56,467 nucleotides of DNA from Candidatus Poseidoniaceae archaeon (GTDB lineage: Archaea; Thermoplasmatota; Poseidoniia; Poseidoniales; Poseidoniaceae). The notes below the pieces were generated by a model. The model saw nothing but the letters and a program-made list of their open reading frames with translations, did no database searches and was not told the origin of the DNA. Location: positions 1-56,467 of the forward strand of contig JBMYNT010000005.1 in NCBI GenBank assembly GCA_049598575.1, read 5' to 3'. Numbering within the stretch: position 1 is the stretch's first letter; every line of letters begins with the position of its first letter. The translations under genes were made by a program, and so were the position numbers. Below, piece by piece: positions 46,035 through 56,467 of this stretch.

Positions 46035-47459
46035 TCAAGCATTGACGTTGCGAATTTCAGGAGTCTGATCTGCAATCATAAACTCGAGCATGGCTGCCCA
46101 CATGACGAATTCCATGCTCTTCTCCAGTTCTTCAACGCCTCCAACAACATCGATCATGTTGTCGAGTGTGTCGGAAGGAGAGTGGTATGCACTGTAGTCG
46201 GCGTCGTATGCGCCGAGATGGAAGATGGTTTGGGCACCAAGGTCACGGAACGTGACGTGATCTGATCGACCGAAGGTGTCTTCATGTACATCGAGGACAA
46301 GGTCTTCGTGATCGTCCCAATGCTGGTCACAACCTGCACCATACGTTCCGTCGATTCTCAAGTCCATTGGTGCACCGAGAATATCTCTGTGGACGTGATC
46401 AAGGACTGTTGTGATTTCAACGTCCTGAACTTCAGGGTCAAAATCAGGTCCAGACCAAGCATGGTAAGGGTATGGTTCGCCAGTTGGTTTGAGCGCAGGA
46501 TAGGAGATTCCCATCATGTCCATGTTAATGTAGAATCGAAGTTCTTTGTCGGATGGGAGACAGTAATCGCACTCGTTGTTTGCAAAGGCATTGGAGCCTC
46601 GAAGACCTTCTTCTTCCGAGGACCAAAGAGCAAGGAACGTATCGCATTGCACTTCGATGTCAACGAAGGCTCGTGCAAACAACATCATGCTGACCGTTCC
46701 TGCTGTATTGTCGTACGCACCTTCGTAGGTTCCACCGCCTGGCGGTCCACCAGGAGGTGCGATGTCCATGTGTGCGCCCATGCCTTGGACGCACGAGTCA
46801 TCTCGACCCTCTTTCCATGCGATTACATTCAGACTCTCCGGTTCCAGTGGGTTTCCGTGATCGAGAACACGCAGGATGTGTGTTTCATATCCGAGTCCTT
46901 CGAAGTGACCTTGGAAGAACGAAGCAGCTCGTTCAAAGGCAGGGTTTGGTGAACCCATCCATCGATTGACATAGCCGCCACACTCGGTTGAATCAGCACA
47001 AACACTCGTGATAAATTCCATCTTTTGCATCCAATCTTGACCGTTGACGATTGGTGTGCCTTCAGTAACTTGCATCTCAAACGAATCGCCAGTACCATCT
47101 GGGTGAACGATGGTCAACTTGACCTCCTTGACATAGGGCGTGAGCAGAATCTTCCCAACGAGTTGTTCGCCTTCAACGGTTGCGTAGCCATTCGGTAGGA
47201 CGGATCCGTTGACAAACAACATCACATCGGTCGGTACAGACAGCGACCTACCCTCTCCTTTGAGTACGAATTCATGCCATTCACCAGTTCTCAGTTCAAC
47301 GCTATCCGGAGATGAGTAATCAATCTGGAAGACAGAATCAACAGGAACTTGTTCGACTTTAGCCTCACCAAAACATCCTGACAAGGATGCTAGCATCATC
47401 AAGAGAACGAGGAACAAACCCTTCGAAGCACGAGCAGCCTGCATGATTTGCCCTGACAT
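46035..47459 (-). CDS. M28-family metallopeptidase, lipoprotein-like
   Basis: LSGC lipobox-like motif; GAHMD, GAYDNTAG, EEEGLRGS, INMDM, RSDH, YHSPSD. Confidence 0.88.
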   Translation of the reverse strand: MSGQIMQAARASKGLFLVLLMMLASLSGCFGEAKVEQVPVDSVFQIDYSSPDSVELRTGEWHEFVLKGEGRSLSVPTDVMLFVNGSVLPNGYATVEGEQLVGKILLTPYVKEVKLTIVHPDGTGDSFEMQVTEGTPIVNGQDWMQKMEFITSVCADSTECGGYVNRWMGSPNPAFERAASFFQGHFEGLGYETHILRVLDHGNPLEPESLNVIAWKEGRDDSCVQGMGAHMDIAPPGGPPGGGTYEGAYDNTAGTVSMMLFARAFVDIEVQCDTFLALWSSEEEGLRGSNAFANNECDYCLPSDKELRFYINMDMMGISYPALKPTGEPYPYHAWSGPDFDPEVQDVEITTVLDHVHRDILGAPMDLRIDGTYGAGCDQHWDDHEDLVLDVHEDTFGRSDHVTFRDLGAQTIFHLGAYDADYSAYHSPSDTLDNMIDVVGGVEELEKSMEFVMWAAMLEFMIADQTPEIRNVNA

Positions 47460-47488
47460 CGTCCACTCATAGGTTTTGTTGGTGGAGG

Positions 47489-47560
47489 TGCGGATAGCGG
47501 GAGTCGAACCCACGACATAAGGTTGGAAACCTCAGATGATAACCACTTCACCATATCCGC
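47489..47560 (-). tRNA. tRNA-Gly (TCC)
   Basis: GCGGATA/TATCCGC acceptor stem, TGAGG-TTTCCAA-CCTTA anticodon arm, GTTCGAC T-loop; CCA not fully encoded. Confidence 0.95.
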
Positions 47561-47616
47561 ACGGTGGTAATCTCTCCGAACAAGCACCCTTTTTTGAGCG
47601 CATCGGTCAAAATCCA

Positions 47617-50600
47617 TCAATTCAAACCAGGGGGTGGTGGTACGGCATCGTATCCCAGTTCAACTCGGCGTCGTTGTACAACATCTCGATCGGACATCAT
47701 TCGATTGTAGAGGACCTGTGCTGCTTGCGCCTTGCGCTCATCGTTGTCCTTCATGCGCCGGCTCTTACCACGAATGATCAACATTCCAAACAGGAACGTG
47801 AGAAGAATTCCCGCTGCTCCTGCTTGGAACAATGGCATCTCGAAGACATTCTCCCATTCAAAGGAGTCGTCATTACTTGCTGATTTCGAACTGTTGTATA
47901 CGTTCAAGCGAATGGTGTAGGTGTCCATTGGAATCTCAGCACCGGGTTCTGTGACCGTTACGACGAGATTGAAATTACCCACACTGTCTGCAGTGCCAGT
48001 GAAAATCTTCGATTGTGTGTTCCCGCTGGCGGATGAGAATATCATCGTATGAGAGCCCGTTTCGACTTGGATGTTCGTGGACGATTGCCAATCCACTCGG
48101 ACCGTGAACCCATCTCCCATGTCCGTCGAGACAGAACAGGAGAATTGGATGCTGCCACCCGTGACTGTGTCCGTGGAGAGTTTGCTTGGAAGACACGTGA
48201 GCGATGCCTCACCAGCATTTCGGGTTGGATCGTTTGGCCAATGGTCCGGTTTGTGAGCACCTGAGGTTTCGTTATCACCCCATCCATCTCCATCGGAATC
48301 GAGATGTTGCGAGTCATGGAACGGGAATGCATCCTCATCGTCAGCATAGCCATCCCCATCCGTATCTGGGCAACCGATGAGTGTCCCTCTGAAGGCCGTA
48401 CCGTATTCATCAGGACATTGGTCCGGATCGGTACCTGAATTTTCATCTCCAAAGCCATCCATGTCAGCATCGTACCATTGTGTGCTATCGTTCGGCCACA
48501 CATCGTTCAAATCGGAGTATCCGTCACCATCCGAATCTATGCATCCATAGATGTCATTGGTTGAAGTTCCAGCTTCCTCAGGACATGCGTCGCCTTGTGT
48601 ACCATTGATTTCGTCACCATATCCATCCGAATCCGTATCGTTCCATTGCGATGCATCGCCAAGGAACACGTCGTTGGTGTCTGACATGCCATCGACATCT
48701 TCATCATCACAACCGAAGACATCACGGAACGATGTTCCTGATGTTGTAGGACAATCGTCTCCCTCGAAACCGGTTGGATTATCTCCGAAACCATCGCCAT
48801 CTTGGTCTGCATGTTGTGTAGCTTCATCCGGGAAGGCATCGGAACCGTTGATGAGTGTCCATTGTGCATCACCATCGGAATAGCCGTCACCGTCTGAATC
48901 GGTGCATCCCAAACGGTCTTGTGTTGAATTACCAGCGATCAGCATACACCCATCTTCGAGGTCATCGTAGCCGTCACCATCAACATCGCTCGCACGAGTT
49001 GGGTCGGATGGGAATGCATCATTGTCATCCGAAATTCCGTCACCATCACTGTCAACACATCCGTAGCGATCAATGGTTGAAGTTCCTGGAACGCCAGGGC
49101 AGGCATCAGGTTCTGGTCCAGTCGCATTGTCCCCATATCCGTCAGCATCCTGATCGAGCCATTGATGTTTCACGTCCGGGAGTTCATCGATGACATCATC
49201 CCATCCATCGCCATCCGTGTCAAGACATCCGTATCGGTTGCCAAGTGTCGAGTTTCCATTTGTTCCTGGGCATGCATCAGGTGTCGTACCACCAGGGTTG
49301 TCACCGTATCCGTCTCCGTCAATGTCCGACCATTGCGTGATGTCGTCAGGGTGTGTGTCTTGGACATCAGCCCAACCATCTTGATCGCTATCAGGGCATC
49401 CAAGCGTTCCATTCTGCCATGAATCACCGAACTCAGTTGGACATGCATCTGGATAGTTTCCGCTTGCATTGTCGCCATAACCGTCACCATCTTGATCTTG
49501 CGATTGGGTCGCATCGTAACGGAAGGCATCGGCTCCTTGCGAGACATTCCACAATCCATCAGCATCTGAAATTCCATCGCCGTCTGAGTCTGGACAACCG
49601 ATGCGATCAATCGTTGAATCACCAAATTGCGTTGGACATCCATCAGGATTCGTTCCGCTTGCATTGTCGCCGAACCCATCACCGTCGGTGTCAGACGATT
49701 GCGTAGGATCGCTTGGGAAGGCATCCGCTCCATTGAGGACAGTCCATAAGGCATCTGGGTCGGAAAAACCGTCGTTGTCTGAATCAAGGCACCCATTCCG
49801 GTCGACGCTCGATGTTCCAAACTGGGCAGGACAAGCATCACCGTTTGTACCTGAAGGATTGTCGCCGAAGCCATCTCCATCTGTATCGGATTGTTGCGAC
49901 GCATCGTTGGGCAGAATGTCTGCGCCATCGGCAATGGTCCACACAGGTCCATTGGTGCCACTAAGATCCTCGTCCGAAGCACCATCCGAATCACTATCAG
50001 GGCATCCGAATCTGTCGAGTGTCGATGTTCCAGCAACGGTGGGACAAGCATCTGGGTTTGTCCCGGTACTCTCGTCTCCATAGCCATCTGCGTCGGTATC
50101 ATTCCATTGTGTAGAATCCGTAGGGAAGGCATCGTCCGAGTCAGCATATCCATCGCTGTCTAAGTCGCTGCATCCGAGATTGCCAAGTTCTGTTGAAGTT
50201 CCGAATGTAGTTGGACAATTGTCCGCATCCACGCCACTGGCATTGTCACCGTATCCATCACCGTCTTGGTCGGACCATTGACTTGGTTCGTTCGGGAATG
50301 CATCTGCACCCTGAGCTGCGGTCCACGTTGCATCACCATCGGAGTACCCATCTCCGTCGGTATCAACGCATCCGAATCGGTCCTGATAGGATGTTCCGAG
50401 TGTCGTGTTGCAGGCATCACCTTCTGTGGCTGGAGGTGGGTTATCACCGTATCCATCACCGTCTTGGTCGGACCATTGCGTTGCATCGCCAAGGAAGGCA
50501 TCAGCGCCATCGGTCACGGTCCACATCGAGCCATTGATTCCAGTAGGGTCGGGGTCGCTCGCACCATCTCCATCCTCGTCTGGACATCCATTTCGGTCGA

Positions 50601-53229
50601 TGTGTGAGTATGCTTTGACGGAATTGCATGCATCAGCACCATTGCCGACGAGCCAGGTTGCATCGTTGTTTGAATATCCGTCTCCATCGTCATCCAAACA
50701 TCCGAATCGGTCAGTTGTTGAATTACCGAGGACGGTTACACACGCATCCGCTTCGAAACCAGCAGCATTGTCGCCGTATCCGTCAAAGTCTTGGTCGGCC
50801 CATTGTGTGCTCTCTGACGGGAAGGCATCTGCACCGTTGTTGACAGTCCAGGTGGCATCTGGATTGGAATAACCATCCCCGTCGCTGTCTGGACATCCTT
50901 CACGATCGTTTGTTGAGGTACCATATGTGTTTGGACAATCATCATCATCGTCTTCAACACCATCAAAATCAGCATCCTCAGTAAGATTGACCAATGTTGT
51001 TTCTTGATTGACTGCAAGTGAGAAGAATTGCGGTCCAACAGGGACGTTCGTACCGTTGATGTGGACTTCCCACGTTCCTTGAGCAGGATTGGCGAACTTC
51101 AAAATTCGAACCGTATCGACGTTGTTTGAAAGTTCAGTCCACGTTCCTGAGGGGTCTTTGATCGCAAGATCAAGATCGTTGACGAGATTGGTTCCTGCAG
51201 AAGGGGTTGATTCCTTATCGGTCCATGCAACAGCAATGTTGAGGTCTGGGGCACTGGATGGGATGTTGAAACTCCAGCCACGGTTGACACCTGTAGTGAG
51301 ACTTTCATTGTCAATCCACGTCGTATTGAGAGCACTTCGCATATCGACTCGACCCCAACCTTCGTGGTTGTTGGGAGCCGTCTCGCCAGCCCCATTGGTT
51401 GCGGAGCTGTATTGTCCTACCATATCGGTTGCACTTGCTGCAAAGATGGCTTTGACGAGCGATGAGTTAGGGTCTTCATGACCCATGTTGTCAATGAGGT
51501 GCTCAAGCAGAAGTGCGGTGGCGCCTGCGGTAAGTGGCGTTGCCATACTTGTGCCTCCCATGTACACATAGTCCGCACTGTGGGGAGCCCAACCGACTGT
51601 CTTGGTATTGTATCTCGTAAGGGCTGAGAGAACGAATGTACCTGGTGCAACAACCTCTGGTTTGACACGATTGTCATCGGTTGGTCCACGACTTGAGAAC
51701 GCAGCCAATCCGGAGATGTTGTCAGCATAGCGGTCGGTTGAGATCGGTGAGCCGTAGCTGTTTCCATACACCGAGTTGATTGTTGGGCGGTCGTTCTCAC
51801 TCGCACCAACGGTCAAGACGCTCTTTGCCGTTGCAGGAGCGCCGATTGAATCAAGATCGACTTCTCCGTCTCCGTTGTTGTCGACGCCACTGTTACCAGC
51901 GGCAAAGAGGATGGTCATGTTTTGATAATCACGAGCTGCGATATCAGCCTGCATGGAAGACGTCGTGTAGACTCCGGCAACAGACGACCCCCAAGAGTTG
52001 GTGTGGACACGTGATCCATTGTCAGCACCTGCTTTGAACAGCTCAGTCAGGTTGGACGGTAGTCCGTTGAGAGAATACCGATAATCACTCGGAGATGTTG
52101 CTGCATTTGCACACCAGACGCCGATGGCTTGGAAGTAGAGTTGGGCCTCTGGTGCCATCCCCTTGATGTTGCCTGAAGAGTTGGTTCCATCTCCAAGCAC
52201 CGATCCTGCGACGTGTGTACCGTGGCCATCAATATCCGATGCACCGTCATCTGCTTGGGAGCCACACGATGATGCCTCAGATGCAGTCATGCCCCACGAA
52301 ACGATGTCGAGGATGTGGTCCGCAAAGTCAGCGTGCATGGTCGAATCGTTCACACCACTGTCAAGACCTGAATCAGCGACAGTAACGACGATGCCACTCC
52401 CATCAACACCGTTCCAGGAGGAGTTTATCCCGTTCATGGTGGACTGAGACCAAAGGTCAGGTGCTTTGAGGACAGAATCTGCAACGTCGTTTGCTGTAAA
52501 GGCCCAGAGTTTTTCTTCAAGCCATTCGATTTCTCCTTGAGCAACAAGCCAAGACAGTGCGTTTGTGGTTCGATCAACATCAAACGTCGCGAAACGACCA
52601 ACGTGGTACGTTACGCGGATATCATCTCGTTCATGGATTCCATCGGGCAGGGACTTGCCAGTCAGAACTCCGTGTACAGGTACGAAATCAGACTGGTAGA
52701 ACAAGGATGCAGGGCCGATGTTTTCACCGAGCATGGCTTTGACCAATCTCGTTCTTACCTTGTCTGTTGGGTCGATTTGCAAAACGCCCTCAACATCGAG
52801 TTGAGCAAGCTCATCGATCGATTTTTCTTGAACTTCACAATGGAATCCTGTCACAGGTAAAAACGAGAAACAATCGATACCTGCTTCTTCTAAATCGTGA
52901 AGCCAGTCGCTCGGAACCGGATAGGTGTGCGTAAGCACGTAATTGCCGTTCAATACCTTCTCTTGAGTACGTTCTGGCCAGTCTTCGAGCGACGTGATGG
53001 TGGCTTGACGGTAAAGGAGTTCGATGCTTCCGATGCCTTCTGCCGGGTCGTACCATCCTTGAGCGTGTTCTTTGGTTGGCAGGATGCCTACTTGAGCAAG
53101 TAGGTCCAATTCGGCGTCGGTGTTGACGTCGATGGCTGGAAGAGGTTGGCTCATCGCAAATGGTGCCGCTAATTGAGCAAGCATCAAACAGACAAGGAAG
53201 GTCGAGACTCGTGCACGAAGAGCCGGCAT
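47617..53229 (-). CDS. Secreted S8 subtilase with long thrombospondin type-3-like Ca-binding repeat stalk and C-terminal membrane anchor
   Basis: Catalytic VADSG, HGTHVAG and GTSMATP; signal peptide; many DxDGDGxGD/DAFP/DxCP repeats; C-terminal TM. Confidence 0.92.
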   Translation of the reverse strand: MPALRARVSTFLVCLMLAQLAAPFAMSQPLPAIDVNTDAELDLLAQVGILPTKEHAQGWYDPAEGIGSIELLYRQATITSLEDWPERTQEKVLNGNYVLTHTYPVPSDWLHDLEEAGIDCFSFLPVTGFHCEVQEKSIDELAQLDVEGVLQIDPTDKVRTRLVKAMLGENIGPASLFYQSDFVPVHGVLTGKSLPDGIHERDDIRVTYHVGRFATFDVDRTTNALSWLVAQGEIEWLEEKLWAFTANDVADSVLKAPDLWSQSTMNGINSSWNGVDGSGIVVTVADSGLDSGVNDSTMHADFADHILDIVSWGMTASEASSCGSQADDGASDIDGHGTHVAGSVLGDGTNSSGNIKGMAPEAQLYFQAIGVWCANAATSPSDYRYSLNGLPSNLTELFKAGADNGSRVHTNSWGSSVAGVYTTSSMQADIAARDYQNMTILFAAGNSGVDNNGDGEVDLDSIGAPATAKSVLTVGASENDRPTINSVYGNSYGSPISTDRYADNISGLAAFSSRGPTDDNRVKPEVVAPGTFVLSALTRYNTKTVGWAPHSADYVYMGGTSMATPLTAGATALLLEHLIDNMGHEDPNSSLVKAIFAASATDMVGQYSSATNGAGETAPNNHEGWGRVDMRSALNTTWIDNESLTTGVNRGWSFNIPSSAPDLNIAVAWTDKESTPSAGTNLVNDLDLAIKDPSGTWTELSNNVDTVRILKFANPAQGTWEVHINGTNVPVGPQFFSLAVNQETTLVNLTEDADFDGVEDDDDDCPNTYGTSTNDREGCPDSDGDGYSNPDATWTVNNGADAFPSESTQWADQDFDGYGDNAAGFEADACVTVLGNSTTDRFGCLDDDGDGYSNNDATWLVGNGADACNSVKAYSHIDRNGCPDEDGDGASDPDPTGINGSMWTVTDGADAFLGDATQWSDQDGDGYGDNPPPATEGDACNTTLGTSYQDRFGCVDTDGDGYSDGDATWTAAQGADAFPNEPSQWSDQDGDGYGDNASGVDADNCPTTFGTSTELGNLGCSDLDSDGYADSDDAFPTDSTQWNDTDADGYGDESTGTNPDACPTVAGTSTLDRFGCPDSDSDGASDEDLSGTNGPVWTIADGADILPNDASQQSDTDGDGFGDNPSGTNGDACPAQFGTSSVDRNGCLDSDNDGFSDPDALWTVLNGADAFPSDPTQSSDTDGDGFGDNASGTNPDGCPTQFGDSTIDRIGCPDSDGDGISDADGLWNVSQGADAFRYDATQSQDQDGDGYGDNASGNYPDACPTEFGDSWQNGTLGCPDSDQDGWADVQDTHPDDITQWSDIDGDGYGDNPGGTTPDACPGTNGNSTLGNRYGCLDTDGDGWDDVIDELPDVKHQWLDQDADGYGDNATGPEPDACPGVPGTSTIDRYGCVDSDGDGISDDNDAFPSDPTRASDVDGDGYDDLEDGCMLIAGNSTQDRLGCTDSDGDGYSDGDAQWTLINGSDAFPDEATQHADQDGDGFGDNPTGFEGDDCPTTSGTSFRDVFGCDDEDVDGMSDTNDVFLGDASQWNDTDSDGYGDEINGTQGDACPEEAGTSTNDIYGCIDSDGDGYSDLNDVWPNDSTQWYDADMDGFGDENSGTDPDQCPDEYGTAFRGTLIGCPDTDGDGYADDEDAFPFHDSQHLDSDGDGWGDNETSGAHKPDHWPNDPTRNAGEASLTCLPSKLSTDTVTGGSIQFSCSVSTDMGDGFTVRVDWQSSTNIQVETGSHTMIFSSASGNTQSKIFTGTADSVGNFNLVVTVTEPGAEIPMDTYTIRLNVYNSSKSASNDDSFEWENVFEMPLFQAGAAGILLTFLFGMLIIRGKSRRMKDNDERKAQAAQVLYNRMMSDRDVVQRRRVELGYDAVPPPPGLN
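48218..50978 (-). repeat. Intragenic TSP3-like repeats (DAFPxDxTQWxDxDGDGYGDN...DACP...GxS..DRxGCxDxDGDG)
   Basis: Over a dozen degenerate peptide repeat units across about 920 aa. Confidence 0.88.
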
Positions 53230-53325
53230 GATTCACTCTTAGAACCGGTTACTCATCAATGATTTGCATTAATCACATTCAAATCGATAACGAGCATTGA
53301 AAGCAGGGTCTCGTTAGGATAAGTT

Positions 53326-55170
53326 ATGCGCGGGATGGGTTCAGGTGGTGGCGATGCTATGGAGCCATCCGACATTAACGAGAAGACGCAGATCGTTGGC
53401 CGTCAAATATGGCGTGTTGTACCCTACGCCAAGCGATACCCGGGGCGCGTCCTCGCGGGTATTTTTGGAAACGCAATGGCGCGTTTCTTCGATTTGATGC
53501 CGTTTGTTGCAATTGGTTTGGCTGTTGATTATTTCACGGGAGGGCTCGCAGGTCCTGACATCGTTCATGATTTTGTGACGTCCTTCGGCGGGGATCCTGC
53601 GGTTGGGTATGGTATACTCATATTCCTTGGTTTCTTTTTCCTAGCCATTTTCCAAGGAATTTCAGAATATTCATGGCAAACGCTGGGTTACAAAATTCAA
53701 CACGATTTGAGAATGGATGCAACGAAGTCACTTATTGCCATGGAGGCTTCTTACTACGATATGCGGCAAACAGGACAAATCATGGCTGTGCTATCAAGCG
53801 ATGTCAACCAATTGGAAGACGTTGTATCTGATTCTTCAACATCGATTATTCGTATCGTTGTCACCTTCATGACGGCCTTCCTCATCCTTGTCTTGATGTC
53901 TTGGAAACTGGCAATTGTGCTGTTTGGGCCAATCATTTTCATTGTACCAATCGTCTATTGGTTTTCAACCAGCGTTCAAAGGAAGTACCGGAAACAGCGC
54001 GAATCCACAGGTGATATTACTGCTGTGTTGGAAAATTTGATTTCCGGAATTTCCGTTGTACAAGCCTACAACGCAGAGGAGTGGGAAGCAGAGCGCGTCA
54101 ACCGGGAATCTGGAGCTTACCGTGACCAAGCCATGGGGGCGAGTCAAGATCGTAACCGATTCATCCCGATGATTTACGTCGTTGCTGGAATAGCATTCGG
54201 ACTTCTTGTTACCGCAGGTGGATGGCTGGCAAAAGAAGGAGAAATCACGACTGGACAGTTGGTCACATTCCTCCTTATCAGTACTCGAATGACGATGCCG
54301 ATGTTCATCTTCGGTATTCTTGTCAATCAGTTGCAACGTGGTGAAGCAGCAGCTCGTCGTGTCTTTGCAGCCATTGATTTGGAGCCAACCATCGTCGACA
54401 ACGATGATGCTGTTGAACTGCTGGGTCCAATCGAATCGGTTGAATTCAGGGATGTCCATTTCACCTATCCGAACACGACGACCAAGGTGCTGAGTGGCAT
54501 CTCATTCCGGGTTGCTGGTGGTCAATTCCTTGGCGTCATGGGCCACACCGGCGCAGGAAAGACCACGATTCTCAAGTTGCTCATGCGCTACTATGTTCCT
54601 GATTCAGGTGAAGTTCTCATCAATGGCAACAACATCAACACATTCACTCTAGCGAGCGTACGTGAAGCGATTGGCTTTGTAAGTCAGGACCCGTTCTTGT
54701 TCTACGGTTCCATTCGTGACAATGTCCAGTACAACATGGTCGCTGAAGAAAGCGATTTGCGAAGAGCATTGGAACTTGCTGGAGCACTTGAATTCGTAGA
54801 AGAACTGGAAGACGGCATCGAGACGATGGTTGGAGACCGAGGGGCGATGTTGAGTGGCGGGCAGCGAGCCCGTGTTTCCCTTGCTCGTGCATTGTTGAAG
54901 AAACCATCATTGCTCATTCTCGATGAGGCTTCAAGTGCACTTGATGCGGAGACAGAGCGTCGCATTCAGGAGAACTTGCTCAGTACCGGTTCAGGCCGAG
55001 CAACCATCGCGGTTGCTCACCGATTGAGTACCATTCGCAATGCCAATGAAATTCTAGCCATGGTCGATGGTGCTGTCGTCGAGCGTGGAAAGCACGACGA
55101 ATTGGTTGAGCACCAAGGTGTCTATGCGAGCCAGTGGACCATTCAAACGGGTGACATGGCTGGAATGTGA
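53326..55170 (+). CDS. ABC exporter, fused permease/ATPase (MsbA/MdlB-like)
   Basis: TM domain; GHTGAGKT, VSQD, LSGGQR, ILDEASSALD, AHRLST. Confidence 0.93.
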   Translation: MRGMGSGGGDAMEPSDINEKTQIVGRQIWRVVPYAKRYPGRVLAGIFGNAMARFFDLMPFVAIGLAVDYFTGGLAGPDIVHDFVTSFGGDPAVGYGILIFLGFFFLAIFQGISEYSWQTLGYKIQHDLRMDATKSLIAMEASYYDMRQTGQIMAVLSSDVNQLEDVVSDSSTSIIRIVVTFMTAFLILVLMSWKLAIVLFGPIIFIVPIVYWFSTSVQRKYRKQRESTGDITAVLENLISGISVVQAYNAEEWEAERVNRESGAYRDQAMGASQDRNRFIPMIYVVAGIAFGLLVTAGGWLAKEGEITTGQLVTFLLISTRMTMPMFIFGILVNQLQRGEAAARRVFAAIDLEPTIVDNDDAVELLGPIESVEFRDVHFTYPNTTTKVLSGISFRVAGGQFLGVMGHTGAGKTTILKLLMRYYVPDSGEVLINGNNINTFTLASVREAIGFVSQDPFLFYGSIRDNVQYNMVAEESDLRRALELAGALEFVEELEDGIETMVGDRGAMLSGGQRARVSLARALLKKPSLLILDEASSALDAETERRIQENLLSTGSGRATIAVAHRLSTIRNANEILAMVDGAVVERGKHDELVEHQGVYASQWTIQTGDMAGM

Positions 55171-55464
55171 TCACGTTCGTTCCAGAATCGGACGAAGAAT
55201 GGTTGAGACTTGTTCCTGCGTGCTGGCGGGGATGAACGCTTTGTTCCCCCAGAGAATGAGGACTGAAATAAAGAAGAACAGCGGGATGCCGACAATGAGT
55301 GACCAGATTGCAACGGTGAGGTCAAGGATGTAGTATTCCTCAAAGAATTCGGATACGATGATAGTGCCGAGAAGTACCGCTACTCGTGTGACAGTAAGAA
55401 CGGAACGTATGGTCAGCCAGATTTCTTCTTCATCAGAAATCTCACCAAGCGCTCGTTCAGCCAT
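55171..55464 (-). CDS. Small two-TM hypothetical membrane protein
   Basis: 97-aa ORF filling the gap, two hydrophobic helices. Confidence 0.62.
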   Translation of the reverse strand: MAERALGEISDEEEIWLTIRSVLTVTRVAVLLGTIIVSEFFEEYYILDLTVAIWSLIVGIPLFFFISVLILWGNKAFIPASTQEQVSTILRPILERT

Positions 55465-55513
55465 AGGATGTCTTGCTTTCGTTCATTGAAAGGCATTGCG
55501 TCGATTATGCGAC

Positions 55514-56467
55514 TCAAAGCGTTCGTTCACGGTCATCGATTTGACGGCCAACACCTGCTGCACCACCCGTTCTTCGAATCTCTCTCCATGCCTTGTTGAC
55601 ACCTTGTCCATAGGCCCAATGCGCAAGGAATACAAACAGTGGTGCAAGAGCGACCGTTCCAATGGATCGGTGCGGACTTGTTCCAATGGCAGCTCCAAGC
55701 CAAGAGAGGCCGATGTAGAATCCCATGAGGCCGAGTGTACCATGAACTGCGAGACGTGGCAACGTCCAATCTCCATCAATGGAGAACCATGGGTATTCGG
55801 TTGCTCCACCGGTTGCAACGCCTGCTACCAGTGTGAGAATGGCAGCAACCGTAAGCCACGGGAAGAACCCAATGGCAGTGTGTGACCATGTTGCAATCTC
55901 AGGCCATCGCTTGTTGGCAACCATGCGAGTGTAACCGTAGTTCCGCATCTGCTTCATGTACGGCTTAAACGGCCTTCGTCGACGATGTGGCATGACATTG
56001 GATGGATCGATGAACAGTTTGTGTCCTTCTCGCTGGATTTTTGCATCGAGAACAACATCTTCAGCACCAATGCATCCCGGTTCGAAGAAGTTGACTTGAC
56101 GAAGGTTTTCCATTCGATGAGCGCAGTTAACACCAGGGTTGTGCGTGATTGGAACCAATTCGCCACGAGGTTGTGCACCGTAACGCGTACCCGCCGTCAT
56201 GAATTTGGTACAGAAGGCAACATCAGCACACTTCGCTCCAAATGGGTCTTCGTCAGGGGCAAAATTTGGTCCACCTACGGCTCCAACTTCCGGGTCCTTG
56301 AACCATCGAATGAGCTTCTCAGCCCAGTCGAGAGGAGGAATGGTATCATCATCGGTGAAGAGAACGAGATCATGGTCCATTTGTTTCAATGCAAAATTGC
56401 ATGCATCGGCGCGATTTGTGGATGGGTCTTCAATCCACGTCGCTCCATATTTTTCACAGACGTCTTT
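55514..56467 (-). CDS. Family 2 glycosyltransferase (5' end outside the window)
   Basis: FTDDD, AVGGP, GAEDV, C-terminal TMs; frame stays open to the window edge. Confidence 0.85.
   Translation of the reverse strand, partial: KDVCEKYGATWIEDPSTNRADACNFALKQMDHDLVLFTDDDTIPPLDWAEKLIRWFKDPEVGAVGGPNFAPDEDPFGAKCADVAFCTKFMTAGTRYGAQPRGELVPITHNPGVNCAHRMENLRQVNFFEPGCIGAEDVVLDAKIQREGHKLFIDPSNVMPHRRRRPFKPYMKQMRNYGYTRMVANKRWPEIATWSHTAIGFFPWLTVAAILTLVAGVATGGATEYPWFSIDGDWTLPRLAVHGTLGLMGFYIGLSWLGAAIGTSPHRSIGTVALAPLFVFLAHWAYGQGVNKAWREIRRTGGAAGVGRQIDDRERTL

Noticed and set aside
47489-47560. tRNA-Gly as an integration site for the PKS region
   Set aside because: No integrase in the window, and I saw no duplicated tRNA 3' end
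48042-50872. Many long alternative-frame and antisense ORFs (e.g. 49170-50153, 327 aa)
   Set aside because: Shadow ORFs produced by the biased codons of the TSP3 repeats

Overview
Gene-dense archaeal chromosomal segment. Cdc6/Orc1, a CoaD-DUF359 fusion, an aSelBL-type protein, GAGGTG Shine-Dalgarno sites and large anchored surface proteins together suggest Marine Group II Euryarchaeota (Poseidoniales); the taxonomy is inferred. It holds about 40 CDS (gluconeogenesis, Moco, CoA synthesis, DNA repair, secreted proteases) and tRNA-Gly(TCC). I saw no CRISPR array or mobile element. Two features stand out. (1) A three-gene iterative type I PKS/FAS operon (FabI, a 2918-aa KS-AT-(pseudo-ACP)-KS-ACPx3-KR-DH megasynthase, and an Sfp-type PPTase) in an archaeal context. 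Both KS domains are intact, and all three ACPs carry Thr where the phosphopantetheine-accepting Ser normally sits. (2) An unannotated ~200-nt three-hairpin K-turn H/ACA guide RNA at 10550-10752, whose pockets match conserved 23S rRNA sites (H69 U1915, A-loop, U2496). Also present: a candidate replication origin with ORB-like repeats, a degenerate TBP-fold paralog, and a symmetric bidirectional TATA box.
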